A stretch of DNA of 64,000 nucleotides, taken from contig JBDRFF010000020.1 of assembly GCA_043819095.1 (NCBI GenBank), positions 35,890-99,889 on the forward strand, in the 5' to 3' direction. Made by a program: the position numbers and the translations under genes. A model generated the notes under the pieces. The model searched no databases. It saw only the letters and a list, made by a program, of their open reading frames with translations, and was not told the DNA's origin. Source of the stretch: Candidatus Omnitrophota bacterium. Lineage in GTDB: Bacteria > Omnitrophota > Gorgyraeia > VGKH01. Positions 20,423 through 30,751 of this stretch are shown here, piece after piece. Position 1 is the first letter of the stretch, and the number at the start of each line of letters is the position of its first letter.

Positions 20423-21597
20423 TATCCTTCTTTCTCTGTTTTACCTGTAAGCTTGTTTGCTTCTTGAATTATTACTTCGGCCTTTTTCTTGCCCAAGCCT
20501 TTTATCTTTGAAAGTTCCTCTATTTTTGCCTGAGCTAATTTCTCAAATGTATCAAATCCAGCTTCTTTTAAAGAATCGGCGACCTTTGCGCCCACGCCGG
20601 GTAGATCTGTAAGGCTCGGCGCTTCTTTAGCAGCTTCCTTCTTTTCCTTCTTTTCCTTCTTAACTTCTTTACTGCGAATGTCTAATTCCCATTCAGTGAG
20701 TTTCGAGGCTAATCTTACATTCTGTCCGTGCTTACCAATTGCTAATGAAAGTTGATCTTCGGGAACAAGTACCTCTGCCCTTTTTGTCTCCTTATTAAAA
20801 ATTACCTTATCGATCTTCGCAGGATTTAAGGCGGCACTAACGAATTCTCTTGCTTCATCTGACCAACGCACAATATCAATTTTTTCACCATGCAATTCAG
20901 AAACGATGTTTTTTACACGCTGGCCGCGCATGCCTACACAGGCACCTACACAGTCTACTTTTTCATCTTTGGACCTGACTGCTATTTTGGTCCGTTCTCC
21001 GGGTTCGCGAGCGATAGCCTTTATCTCTACGATTCCTTCATATATCTCAGGAACCTCAAGCTCAAACAACTTCTTAACCAGATTTGGATTTGTACGAGAC
21101 AAAATAATCTGCGGACCTCTGGTTTCTTTTTTTACCTCAATAATGTATGCACTGATACGCTCGCCCTGATGAAATTCTTCTTTACGTGATTGTTCGCTCT
21201 TAGGAACAAGTCCCTCCGTCTTATTTAAATCGACGATGATATTGCCTCGATCGAATCTGTAGACGCTACCCGTGACCAACTCTCCGACTTTGCTCTGAAA
21301 TTCTCCGTAGACTACCTCTTTTTCAGCCTCACGGATCTTCTGAATAATCACCTGCTTGGCTGTCTGGGCAGCAATGCGTCCGAATTCACTAGACTTTATC
21401 TCTTTCTTTCCGGCGAAGGCTTTTATCTGACCTGTTTCTCTGTCTAATTCTACCTTAATTTCAACTTCTGGGTCAGCCGCCCAGATCTTTCTGGCAGCAC
21501 TTACTAAAGCGGATTCGACCGCCTGGATAAGGACTTCTTTCTCTATTCCCTTGTCGCGCTCGATCTGTTCAAGTATAGATAGTAATTCTTCGCTCAT
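20422..21597 (-). CDS. nusA: Transcription factor NusA with C-terminal HhH extension
   Basis: FGRIAAQTAKQV, S1 and KH domains (GACVGMRG, AIGKHGQNVRLA), LPGVG/IKGLG HhH motifs. Confidence 0.96.
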   Translation of the reverse strand: MSEELLSILEQIERDKGIEKEVLIQAVESALVSAARKIWAADPEVEIKVELDRETGQIKAFAGKKEIKSSEFGRIAAQTAKQVIIQKIREAEKEVVYGEFQSKVGELVTGSVYRFDRGNIIVDLNKTEGLVPKSEQSRKEEFHQGERISAYIIEVKKETRGPQIILSRTNPNLVKKLFELEVPEIYEGIVEIKAIAREPGERTKIAVRSKDEKVDCVGACVGMRGQRVKNIVSELHGEKIDIVRWSDEAREFVSAALNPAKIDKVIFNKETKRAEVLVPEDQLSLAIGKHGQNVRLASKLTEWELDIRSKEVKKEKKEKKEAAKEAPSLTDLPGVGAKVADSLKEAGFDTFEKLAQAKIEELSKIKGLGKKKAEVIIQEANKLTGKTEKEG

Positions 21598-21612
21598 TAT
21601 AGACCTCTCTGA

Positions 21613-22065
21613 TTAAAATATTTTCTTTGCCTTGTTGATTTTATCTATAGGTATCTTTATTTCTTTATCCTCGGTTTTTATAACAACTATATCATCTTCT
21701 GCTGAGATTATTTTGCCTGCAATCTCTATCCTGTCCTCCACGGGCTCACGAAGAAAGATTTTGACGTCTTTATCCTTGTTTCGGATAAAATCCTTAATCG
21801 TCAGAAGCGGACGATCTAGCCCTGGAGATGAGACCTCTAACAGAAAACTTTCCTGAATGACATTTTCCTTATCTAAAAGGTCGCCGATATCCTCGTTTAA
21901 TTTGGTGCAATCATCAAGACTAATCCCGCCGCCGGGTTTATCCACAAGAAACTTTAAGTTAATTCTTTTTCCTCCACTATAAATATGTAAATCGACTAAA
22001 TCGATGCCATAATTCTCAAATAAAGGCATTACTATTTCTTTAATTTTATCGGTTTCTACGTACAT
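21613..22065 (-). CDS. rimP: Ribosome maturation factor RimP
   Basis: GGISLDDC, LEVSSPGLDRPL; upstream of nusA. Confidence 0.94.
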   Translation of the reverse strand: MYVETDKIKEIVMPLFENYGIDLVDLHIYSGGKRINLKFLVDKPGGGISLDDCTKLNEDIGDLLDKENVIQESFLLEVSSPGLDRPLLTIKDFIRNKDKDVKIFLREPVEDRIEIAGKIISAEDDIVVIKTEDKEIKIPIDKINKAKKIF

Positions 22066-22067
22066 CT

Positions 22068-23327
22068 CTATCCGCCTTTTAAAACAAGAGTTTTAATCTT
22101 TTGTACTACGTTTTCTTTATCTACTGTAATAACCTTATTTCCTCGACGTAGATTTATCTCTGCTTTACCTTTTTTGAGATTCTTTTCACCAATAGTTATC
22201 CTTAAGGGGACACCGATTAAATCAGCGTCTTTGAATTTTACGCCTGCGCTTTCCTGCCTATCATCTAGTAAAACTCTAAGGCCCTGTTTTTCTAAATCAA
22301 CATAATATTTTTCAGCTAAACTACTGACATTTTTATTGGAAGATTGTACGGGCAAGATCAATATATCGAACGGGCTGATTTCTTTTGGCCAGATAATTCC
22401 ATGCTCATCATAATTCTGTTCAATGATGGCAGAGATTATTCTGCTTACGCCAATACCATAGCAGCCCATAATTATCGTCTGCTGTTTGCCTTTTTCATCA
22501 AGATAGGTTGCGCCTTGAACTTTACTGTATTTTGTCCCGAGCTGAAATACATGTCCGACCTCTATTGTCTGTCTCTGCTCCAGCCCTGTTTTACATTTAG
22601 GACAATCTTCTTTTTTTGAATCAGGCGCCAATGTCTTTGTAAATTTACATTTTTTGCAATGCAAAACCATGTCTTCGCCGCTTTGGGCCGGGACCATAAA
22701 TTCATGCGAGATACTTCCTCCCATTATCCCAGGATCTGCCTCAGTGATCAAAAACTTAAGTCCGCATCGTGTGAATATCTTCTTGTAAGCCTCCAGCATT
22801 AATTTATAATTCTTATCCAAGCCTTTTTGGTCGCGATCGAAACTATAAGCGTCTTTCATCACGAACTCGCAAGCTCGAATCAAACCAAAACGCGGGCGGA
22901 TCTCATCGCGAAATTTTGACTGAATTTGATAGAGAACTACGGGCAATTGTCTATAAGAACTAATGTGATTTTTTACTAAATCAGTAATCACCTCTTCGTG
23001 CGTTGGACCAAGGCATAGATTTCTCCCCTTACGGTCTTGGAAACGGATAAGGGTATCAGCCAGTTGTTTATCTCTACCTGTCTGCTTCCAAAGGTCTAAT
23101 GGCTGAATACAGGAAAGCAGTAATTCCTGAGCTCCGGCTTTATTCATTTCCTCTCGGATAATTGACTCAATCCTATTCAGCACCATAAGACCCAAAGGCA
23201 GATAAATATAAACTCCTGAGATAAGCATGCGGATCATCCCAGCGCGGAATAATAACTTGTGACTTACCGCCTCAGTACCTTCGGGCGCATCTTTTAGAGT
23301 TGGAATAAAAGTTTTTGACCAAAGCAT
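22068..23327 (-). CDS. proS: Proline-tRNA ligase (short form)
   Basis: LGPTHEE, KFRDEIRPRFGL, EF.MKDAYSF, EVGHVFQLGTKYS, MGCYGIG. Confidence 0.95.
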   Translation of the reverse strand: MLWSKTFIPTLKDAPEGTEAVSHKLLFRAGMIRMLISGVYIYLPLGLMVLNRIESIIREEMNKAGAQELLLSCIQPLDLWKQTGRDKQLADTLIRFQDRKGRNLCLGPTHEEVITDLVKNHISSYRQLPVVLYQIQSKFRDEIRPRFGLIRACEFVMKDAYSFDRDQKGLDKNYKLMLEAYKKIFTRCGLKFLITEADPGIMGGSISHEFMVPAQSGEDMVLHCKKCKFTKTLAPDSKKEDCPKCKTGLEQRQTIEVGHVFQLGTKYSKVQGATYLDEKGKQQTIIMGCYGIGVSRIISAIIEQNYDEHGIIWPKEISPFDILILPVQSSNKNVSSLAEKYYVDLEKQGLRVLLDDRQESAGVKFKDADLIGVPLRITIGEKNLKKGKAEINLRRGNKVITVDKENVVQKIKTLVLKGG

Positions 23328-23340
23328 AATATCATTCCTT

Positions 23341-24399
23341 TTAAGATATTTTTTTTATCTCCTTAACTAAGAAATCGATCGAATCTCTCTCGGACATCTT
23401 TTTGAAAATTTTCCCTTTTTTAAAAACGAGCGCTGAATGCCTTGTAAAAGCTATTCCTAAATCGGCTTCTTTTGCCTCGCCCGGACCGTTGACAATACAG
23501 CCCATTATAGCGATCCTCCTAGTAGCAGCCTTGTTTTTAGAACATGCTCCATTTAATCTATTTTTAAGATTATTTACTAGCTTTATCAAATCTACTTCGC
23601 AGCGACCACAGGTAGGACAACTGACAATCTCTAAAGAAGGTTTTCTTAAAGACAGAGACTGCAGAATTTCCTTAGCAACTATTATCTCATCCTCAGGTTC
23701 GCTAGTCAAAGAAACTCTGATAGTGTCGCCGATGCCTTCCTTTAGTAAAGTTGCGATTGCCAACGTAGATTTTATTGTTCCGGGAATAAGTGGTCCTGTG
23801 GCCGTAACGCCTAAATGAAAAGGATAATTACATAGTTTTGCCATTTTTTCATATGCCTTTATTGTATCATCCACGCCTGAAGCCTTAAGCGAAACAACGA
23901 TATCATAGAAGCGCAATCTTTCTAAAATCTTTATATAATCTAACGCACTTTTAACCATCGAACCAACTATAGAACCCCGAGACTTCTTTACCGACCCAGA
24001 ATTTATGCCTACCCTAATGGGTATTCGATGCTTTCTTGCCATATTCGCAACCTTTTTAATCTGACTTAGATTATAAATGTTGCCAGGATTAAGCCTGATT
24101 TTATCTGCGCCGTTTTTAATCGCTTCTAACGCAAACTGATAATTAAAATGGATATCTGCGACCAGCGGGACATCAGTTTTTCTTTTTATGTCTTTAATCG
24201 CTTTTGCATCTTTAATATCTTTTACGGCAACGCGGACTATATCTGCGCCTACTGACTTTAATCTGTTGATCTGCCTTACTGTAGCTGAGATATCTTTTGT
24301 ATCTGTCTTACTCATTGCCTGAATAGATATGGGGCTACTACCGCCCATCTTGAGATTGCCAACTTCTATAATCTTTGTCTTACGGCGCTTGATCTTCAT
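23341..24399 (-). CDS. ispG: HMBPP synthase IspG
   Basis: PLVADIHF, RLNPGNI, RVGINSGS, GIGDTIRVSL, SCPTCGR, MGCIVNGPGE. Confidence 0.96.
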   Translation of the reverse strand: MKIKRRKTKIIEVGNLKMGGSSPISIQAMSKTDTKDISATVRQINRLKSVGADIVRVAVKDIKDAKAIKDIKRKTDVPLVADIHFNYQFALEAIKNGADKIRLNPGNIYNLSQIKKVANMARKHRIPIRVGINSGSVKKSRGSIVGSMVKSALDYIKILERLRFYDIVVSLKASGVDDTIKAYEKMAKLCNYPFHLGVTATGPLIPGTIKSTLAIATLLKEGIGDTIRVSLTSEPEDEIIVAKEILQSLSLRKPSLEIVSCPTCGRCEVDLIKLVNNLKNRLNGACSKNKAATRRIAIMGCIVNGPGEAKEADLGIAFTRHSALVFKKGKIFKKMSERDSIDFLVKEIKKIS

Positions 24400-25806
24400 C
24401 TAAATTATTTCTAAGAATTTTTTAACTACTTCCTTGTCAAAAACATTTCCTGCATTTTTGCGCAGTTCTTTCGTTGCCTCCAAAATACTCATTGCCCGAC
24501 GGTAAGGCCTATTGGAAGTCATTGCATCAAATGCATCGGCTACAATCATTATATTTAACGGCAAAGATAAGCTCTTAGCTTTAATTCTGTCAGGATAGCC
24601 TTTACCATTTAATCTTTCATGGTGAGAACGAATCAAACTGCGCAGCTTATCGAAAGAGCGAATCGGTTTTAAAATATTATCTCCTATTATTGGGTGTTGC
24701 TGAATAAGCTTTATTTCATCCTTGGTTAGCGGAGTTGTCTTATGTAAGATCTCATCCGGGATACCGATTTTTCCGATATCATGAACAATACTCGCATCCA
24801 TTAACATCTTAACTGTTTCTTCATCCAATTTAAATTCCTTTGCTATTCTGTAGCAATATTCGCCTACACGCTTACTATGGCCTCTGGTGTATGGATCTCT
24901 AGCATCTACCGCCATGGCAAGCGCATTGATTGTCTCAACATATGTCTTCTCAACATCCTGACTCAAACGATAATTCTCTAAGGCAATAGATATATGACTA
25001 GCTAGATCACTAAGAATAAACAGGTCATCCTCCGTAAAATCCTGACCGTTTAATTTATCATTTAAAGCGATAAGCCCAGTTACCTTGTTACTATAAACTA
25101 AAGGAACGCAAATAATAGCTGCACCGAAATTACTTTGGGATCTAGATAATATAACTGGCTTTTCCTTCTCGGCAACAGAGCCCAGAATTCCCTCGCCAAT
25201 TTTAATCCTATCTTCCTGTATCTGTTTATCACCGAAAGATATCTTGGTGAATAGCTCCTTATTTTTTTTATCGACTAACATCAATTTTCCATTCCTTGCT
25301 CCGATTGCCTGGGTTGTCGTCATAAGAATAAGTTCTAGGAATCTCTCTATATCTTGAAAAGATGCTACAGCCTTTCCTACGCGCGAAAGTATGTCCTGCA
25401 TCATCTTTTTGGATTTTTGAAGCTCTTTTATGTTTTCCTCTAATCTAGCGGTGATTCTATTAAACGATTCAGATAATTGATTAAACTCGCTTGCTCCATC
25501 GCTTTCAATGCGCGTAGAATAATCGCCATTAGCAACAGTCTTCACGCTTTTTGAAATTGAAACAAAAGTACGGATAAGATTTCTGGTTATATAAAATCCG
25601 ACTAATGCCGACCAGAATATCCAGAAGATTAACCATTTTATTTGCGTGGCACCTGTTTCGCTCTTGGGGACTACAACAAATCCGACTATGTAAAGCAACA
25701 ATAGTATCGGTATCAAAGACATCAATATGGCAGAAAGCAAAAATTTACGCCATAATGTGTCGTGTTTTATAGATCTCATCTTCAGTTTCGCCATTTTTCC
25801 CATCAC
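24400..25806 (-). CDS. Membrane HAMP-GAF-HD-GYP phosphodiesterase
   Basis: Two TM helices, HAMP (E...L..SFN), GAF, D.YT.GHS.RV, HDIGK, HHER.NG.GYP, VADAFDAMTS.RPYR. Confidence 0.9.
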   Translation of the reverse strand: MMGKMAKLKMRSIKHDTLWRKFLLSAILMSLIPILLLLYIVGFVVVPKSETGATQIKWLIFWIFWSALVGFYITRNLIRTFVSISKSVKTVANGDYSTRIESDGASEFNQLSESFNRITARLEENIKELQKSKKMMQDILSRVGKAVASFQDIERFLELILMTTTQAIGARNGKLMLVDKKNKELFTKISFGDKQIQEDRIKIGEGILGSVAEKEKPVILSRSQSNFGAAIICVPLVYSNKVTGLIALNDKLNGQDFTEDDLFILSDLASHISIALENYRLSQDVEKTYVETINALAMAVDARDPYTRGHSKRVGEYCYRIAKEFKLDEETVKMLMDASIVHDIGKIGIPDEILHKTTPLTKDEIKLIQQHPIIGDNILKPIRSFDKLRSLIRSHHERLNGKGYPDRIKAKSLSLPLNIMIVADAFDAMTSNRPYRRAMSILEATKELRKNAGNVFDKEVVKKFLEII

Positions 25807-26891
25807 CTGATATTATTTACCCAATTTACAACTTTTTCTATCACACCATATCTAATTAAGTCATTATAAAAAACAAACGATGCAACGAAAATAATAAAGC
25901 CAAGCCCCAGACGGCTAATCCACTCATCGGTCCTTTGAGAAAAAGGCTTGCCTCTTATTTTCTCTATTGCCAGCAGAAAAAGATGGCCACCGTCCAAAAT
26001 CGGAAGCGGAAGCAAATTGAATATTGCTAGACTCATACTCAAAATCGCCATTATATGAATCAGATAAACAACTCCCTGCTCAGCGGCCTTGCCGGTCATA
26101 AAAAATATGCCCAGCGGTCCAGTAACAGATTCTTTTAGAGAAATGCCCCCGGTTAACATCATGAATAAAGCCTTGAATGTCAGAGCGGTCATAAAAAATA
26201 ATCGCTTTCCGCCTTCCATAATTGATTCCCCTAAAGGATATTTTAGTTTTACAAACTCATCATCCTTGGGCCTTATGCCGATTAGACTAACCGTTGTCTC
26301 CTGACCGAATATATTCGTAATTGTTTCCTTTTTTGGTAGTATCTTAAATTTGATTTTTTTGCTGCCCCTTAAAACAGTTATATCTAATTTACCCTCTTTC
26401 TTATCAAATACAATCTCTTGCAATTCTTCCCAATGTTTTACGTCTTGGCCGTCAATATTGACGATATTATCTCCGGGTAACAATCCTGCTTCTTTAGCTG
26501 GAAAATCATCGATTAGCTCGCCTACTCCTGATGTAAAGGTTGGAAAACCGACGAAGAATACTAAACAAAAAAGCAAGAAGGCTAAAGCATAATTCAATAT
26601 CGGACCAAAAACGATAATACCTGCACGCTGCAAAGGCGGTCTAGAAAAATATTCCCACTTATTCCCTTTATATTCGTCTCTGTTGTCTCCGGCGAGCTTA
26701 ACGTATCCCCCCAAAGGAATCAGGCTTATTGCGTATTCGGTATGTTTTCTTTTGGTGCGAAAAAGCACAGGACCAAAACCCAATACGAATTTCTCAACTC
26801 TTATCCCTAGAGATTTAGCCACCATAAAATGGCCAAACTCGTGGACGACGATTAAAATACCTATTACGATTAAAAATACCAAGAAAGTCAT
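25803..26891 (-). CDS. rseP: RIP metalloprotease RseP
   Basis: HEFGH, PLGGYV, PDZ domain, NLLPLPILDGGH. Confidence 0.95.
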   Translation of the reverse strand: MTFLVFLIVIGILIVVHEFGHFMVAKSLGIRVEKFVLGFGPVLFRTKRKHTEYAISLIPLGGYVKLAGDNRDEYKGNKWEYFSRPPLQRAGIIVFGPILNYALAFLLFCLVFFVGFPTFTSGVGELIDDFPAKEAGLLPGDNIVNIDGQDVKHWEELQEIVFDKKEGKLDITVLRGSKKIKFKILPKKETITNIFGQETTVSLIGIRPKDDEFVKLKYPLGESIMEGGKRLFFMTALTFKALFMMLTGGISLKESVTGPLGIFFMTGKAAEQGVVYLIHIMAILSMSLAIFNLLPLPILDGGHLFLLAIEKIRGKPFSQRTDEWISRLGLGFIIFVASFVFYNDLIRYGVIEKVVNWVNNIR

Positions 26892-28039
26892 AGTGCCTTA
26901 TTTAAAATTAATTTATTTGCTTGCGCCCTCGCCCATTTATCAACTGATATTATCTGTGCAAGACTCGGGTTCTTAACTAATCTGTGTCTGAGTAAAACTG
27001 ATTTTATAATTCTGTGAATATCTAAATATCTAATTCTTTTCTCAAGAAAAGCCTTAACCGCTTCCTCGTTTGCGGCATTCAAAACGCACGGTGCCGTACC
27101 TTTTAACCTGGCAGCCTTGTAAGATAATCTTAGACAAGGGAATTTATCTAAATCTGGTTTCTTAAAAGTAAGATTCATTTTCCTAAAATCTAAATTTTTC
27201 AAATTTCCCTTCCATCTCTCAGGATAAGTTAATGCATATTGAATCGGTAGCTTCATATCAGTAATGCCTAACTGCGCAATTATGGTTCCGTCTATAAACT
27301 CAACCATGGAATGGATAATAGCTTCTTTATGAATTAATATCTCTACTTTATCGATATCAACACCAAACAACCACATTGCCTCGATTAATTCCAGACCTTT
27401 ATTCATTAAAGTTGCAGAATCAACGGTAATTTTCTTTCCCATTTTCCAGCGAGGATGTTTTAAAACATCCTTCAGGCTGATATTTCTAAATCTTCGCTTA
27501 GGGATATCATTTAAAGGTCCACCTGAAGCCGTTAGATAGATCTTTTTTAACTCTTTTTTGTCTCTATCCTGCAGGCATTGAAATATTGCGCTCTGCTCAC
27601 TATCTATGGGAACAATCTTAGTCTTGTATTTTTTTGCTTCTTTCATAATAATCGATCCGGCCATAACCAAAGCCTCTTTGTTGGCTAGTGCAACTGTCTT
27701 TCTGTGTCTAATCGCCTGTAACAAAGAATCCAAGGCGCTGCTTCCAGATATAGCCACAACCACTGTATGGATATTATTCGATGCAACCATTTCATTTAAC
27801 CCCGAATTTGTATCACAAATCTTAACCTTAGGAATATGACTATTTCTTAATTCCTCGATTTTTTCATTTCCTATCGCCGCAAATCTCGGATGAAATTTAT
27901 CTATCTGTTTTCTCAATAACTTATTATTTTTATGTGAACTTAAACCGACAACGCGAAATCTATTCGGAAAATCTGAGATTACATTTAATGTATTTTGTCC
28001 TATAGAACCGGTTGAGCCTAAAACTATTATATTTTTCAT
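26888..28039 (-). CDS. dxr: DXP reductoisomerase
   Basis: LGSTGSIG, LANKE, PIDSE, TASGGP, W.MG.KITVDSATLMNKGLE. Confidence 0.96.
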   Translation of the reverse strand: MKNIIVLGSTGSIGQNTLNVISDFPNRFRVVGLSSHKNNKLLRKQIDKFHPRFAAIGNEKIEELRNSHIPKVKICDTNSGLNEMVASNNIHTVVVAISGSSALDSLLQAIRHRKTVALANKEALVMAGSIIMKEAKKYKTKIVPIDSEQSAIFQCLQDRDKKELKKIYLTASGGPLNDIPKRRFRNISLKDVLKHPRWKMGKKITVDSATLMNKGLELIEAMWLFGVDIDKVEILIHKEAIIHSMVEFIDGTIIAQLGITDMKLPIQYALTYPERWKGNLKNLDFRKMNLTFKKPDLDKFPCLRLSYKAARLKGTAPCVLNAANEEAVKAFLEKRIRYLDIHRIIKSVLLRHRLVKNPSLAQIISVDKWARAQANKLILNKAL

Positions 28040-28842
28040 TTTAACACCGTACTCATATAAAAATAAAATGCCGGAACCGTAAATAAGAGACTGTCGATTA
28101 TATCTAAAACTCCTCCGATTCCTGGAAATATGTTCCCTGAATCTTTAACGTGACAATTACGCTTGATCAAAGATTCAGATAAATCTCCTAATTGCCCCAT
28201 TATCCCGAAGAATAATCCCATCATAGCTAAATGCATATTAGAAAATACTGCCTTTTCCGGTAAAAATACTCTGCTAGCTAAAGCCGCTAAAACGGCAAAG
28301 ATAAGCCCTCCGGCTGCTCCCTCAATTGATTTTTTCGGGCTGATACGCTTGATTAGAGTGCGTTTGCCCCAACGCGTACCTATCAGATATGCTCCGATAT
28401 CTCCAGCTTTTGTAATTAGCACTATCGCTCCAACTAAACTTGCTCCGTAAGGCAAAAGTCGCAATTTTATAATAAAGCTGAAAAACCAAGCAATATAAAG
28501 TATGCCGAAAAGCGTAGTGGAGATGCTTAATACCGCCTGCGTTTCTTCCCGACGGGTAAACTGCAGCAAGAAAATAAATACCAACATCAAAACTATGAAG
28601 AGCAATTCCCAATTTTTGGTTAATTCAAACTGAAAAGCAATCGAGAACGGAATGATTATTCCGATAGCCATTCCGAAATATTTATAAATATAAATTCCCT
28701 GTCTTTCGATTAACTTAAAAAATTCGTATAAGCCACCGATAATTAGTAAAATCGCGAAAGCGGAACATGCCCATTCAAATATAATTGCCAACGCCGAAAG
28801 GATAATTAAAAATGAAGCACTTAATGCTCTTTTTACAGTCAT
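28036..28842 (-). CDS. cdsA: Phosphatidate cytidylyltransferase
   Basis: DIGAY, ISPKKSIEG, GDLSES.IKR...VKDSG..PG.GG.LD. Confidence 0.94.
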   Translation of the reverse strand: MTVKRALSASFLIILSALAIIFEWACSAFAILLIIGGLYEFFKLIERQGIYIYKYFGMAIGIIIPFSIAFQFELTKNWELLFIVLMLVFIFLLQFTRREETQAVLSISTTLFGILYIAWFFSFIIKLRLLPYGASLVGAIVLITKAGDIGAYLIGTRWGKRTLIKRISPKKSIEGAAGGLIFAVLAALASRVFLPEKAVFSNMHLAMMGLFFGIMGQLGDLSESLIKRNCHVKDSGNIFPGIGGVLDIIDSLLFTVPAFYFYMSTVLK

Positions 28843-28845
28843 CTC

Positions 28846-29556
28846 TTATTTAGATTTTGCGTCTCCGAAACGCCGATCCCGCGATTGATATTCCTTAATC
28901 GCATCTTCAAGATCTTGCTTATTGAAATCCGGCCAGAATCTTTCTGTAAAATAAAGTTCTGCATATGATAATTGCCAAAGTAAAAAATTACTTATTCGCA
29001 TCTCTCCAGAAGTCCGAATCAAAAGATCTGGCTCTAATTGACCTGCAGTATATAGGAAATTTGAGAAAGAATCCTCGTTTATCTGTTCCAAATTATATTT
29101 GTTATCCAATACACCCTGGGCTATTTTCTTTGCTGCATCGACAATCTCTGTCCTTCCGCCATAGTTGAAGGCTAAATTCACCATTATACCAGTGTTATCT
29201 TTAGATAAGTCTTGGGTCTTTTTTAATTTCTCAAGAAGTTTTTTTGGTAGGGGTTCATCTCTACCGATAACCTTTAATCTGATATTATTTTCCATTAGCT
29301 CAGAGAACTCTTTATCTAAAAAATTTTCCAAGGAATGCATCAACATACTAACTTCTCTTCTAGGTCTCTTCCAATTCTCGGTAGAAAAAGCAAACAAAGT
29401 CAGGATCTTAATTCCTAATTCATCAGCAGCTTTAATTATCTTTTTGATTTTATCTATTCCCACGCGATGTCCTGCAGCCCGAGGAAGCCCCCGTCTTTTT
29501 GCCCAACGTCCATTACCGTCCATGATAATTGCTATATGATTAGGTATCTGTCTCAT
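28846..29556 (-). CDS. uppS: Undecaprenyl diphosphate synthase
   Basis: HIAIIMDGNGRWA, FSTENWKRP, NYGGR, IRTSGEMRISNFLLWQ. Confidence 0.97.
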   Translation of the reverse strand: MRQIPNHIAIIMDGNGRWAKRRGLPRAAGHRVGIDKIKKIIKAADELGIKILTLFAFSTENWKRPRREVSMLMHSLENFLDKEFSELMENNIRLKVIGRDEPLPKKLLEKLKKTQDLSKDNTGIMVNLAFNYGGRTEIVDAAKKIAQGVLDNKYNLEQINEDSFSNFLYTAGQLEPDLLIRTSGEMRISNFLLWQLSYAELYFTERFWPDFNKQDLEDAIKEYQSRDRRFGDAKSK

Positions 29557-29580
29557 GTCTTACATCTAAACGCTCTTACT

Positions 29581-29606
29581 AAAATGGGGGATATTTATCC
29601 CCCATT
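29581..29606 (-). terminator. Probable intrinsic terminator hairpin after the 113-aa ORF
   Basis: AATGGGGGATA/TATCCCCCATT stem ending in TTTT on the minus strand; short U-tract and only 25 bp before uppS, so possibly leaky. Confidence 0.5.
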
Positions 29607-29673
29607 CTTGAAAAAAATTACTCGCGCCTTTAAAAAATCTAGTAATAAGATAATAATTTCTTAAACAATAAGC

Positions 29674-30015
29674 TTATTTTCTGCATCTGACAAGCGCCTC
29701 TTTCAGATCTTCTTCTAGCGTTTCTTTTAGCCTCTTCATCTTTTCAAGCTCGAATCTTAATTCTTGGTTAATTATCTTCTGTTCCTCAAGAACCTTGGTT
29801 GTGCCTTCGAGATTCGTCTTTGTATTTTCAAGTTCGGAAACTGTCGGAGTTAAATTAGTCAATTTCTCCTCAGCATCCAAACGTAAAACCATTTCTCTCT
29901 GAAGGCTTTTTTTATTCTTTTGAGCTGTTATACTCGAACTAATTGCTAAAATAAGGCAAATCACAGTGAGAATAACCATCGCAATTAGAATTCTATCCTT
30001 AAGTTGTTCATCCAT
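29674..30015 (-). CDS. Hypothetical membrane-anchored coiled-coil protein
   Basis: N-terminal TM helix, heptad-rich remainder, AAGGAGG RBS. Confidence 0.8.
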   Translation of the reverse strand: MDEQLKDRILIAMVILTVICLILAISSSITAQKNKKSLQREMVLRLDAEEKLTNLTPTVSELENTKTNLEGTTKVLEEQKIINQELRFELEKMKRLKETLEEDLKEALVRCRK

Positions 30016-30053
30016 GCCTTATTTTCCCTCCTTTTAAAAAAATTGAAGATTTA

Positions 30054-30716
30054 TTACTTTAGGTTTTCTTCTGGTTCTTCAAGGAAATCTTCGGATTCTG
30101 CCTCTTGGGCCCTGGATTCCACTGTCCTGGGCAAGATAACTATCTCAACGCGTCGATTAAGCTGTTTGCCTTCTTTAGTATCATTTGAAGTAAGAGGCTT
30201 AAATTCCCCATGACCTATAGCAGAGACTCTCTCCGGGGTTATCCCTCTCTCATCAACTAAATAATGGAGAACGCTCATTGCCCTCGCGCTGGATAACTCC
30301 CAATTGGATTTCCAACCAGAAAATTTTATGGGTTGATTGTCAGTATGGCCTTCTACGCCGATTTCCATATTAGGGACTTCTTCTTCTAAAACGCGAGCAA
30401 CTTTATCCAATGTCGGATAGGCCTTAGTTCTAATCTTGGCCTTCCCGGAATCAAACAAAACCTCTGCGACAAAAGTAATGACCAGTCCTCTCTCGGCCAT
30501 TTCTAAACGTACCTGTTTATCAGCGATTTCCTGCTTTAACCTTTCTTCAAGTAACTGCCTTGTGCCTCTTAATTGGGCCAATTGATCTTCCAGTTCGCTG
30601 ATTTTTTCTACATCAGAACGTCTTCCTTTCTGAAATATTACGGTGCAACTCATAAGCGTCAAACTTACTAATATGATTGCAGTTAGATAAAAAAATCTTT
30701 TTGTGCCTTTACTCAT
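30054..30716 (-). CDS. OmpA/MotB-like peptidoglycan-binding lipoprotein with coiled coil
   Basis: Lipobox LMSC; VLFDSGKA, VEGHTDN, SNWELSSARA, NRRVEI; start reset to ATG 30716 after AGGAGG. Confidence 0.88.
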   Translation of the reverse strand: MSKGTKRFFYLTAIILVSLTLMSCTVIFQKGRRSDVEKISELEDQLAQLRGTRQLLEERLKQEIADKQVRLEMAERGLVITFVAEVLFDSGKAKIRTKAYPTLDKVARVLEEEVPNMEIGVEGHTDNQPIKFSGWKSNWELSSARAMSVLHYLVDERGITPERVSAIGHGEFKPLTSNDTKEGKQLNRRVEIVILPRTVESRAQEAESEDFLEEPEENLK

Positions 30717-30751
30717 CACCAACCTCCTTTTAGTTATTTTGAACAAATCTA

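Noticed and set aside
29557-29673. Possible ncRNA (e.g. 6S) in the uppS upstream spacer
   Set aside because: Only about 117 bp with one convincing hairpin; best explained as a terminator.
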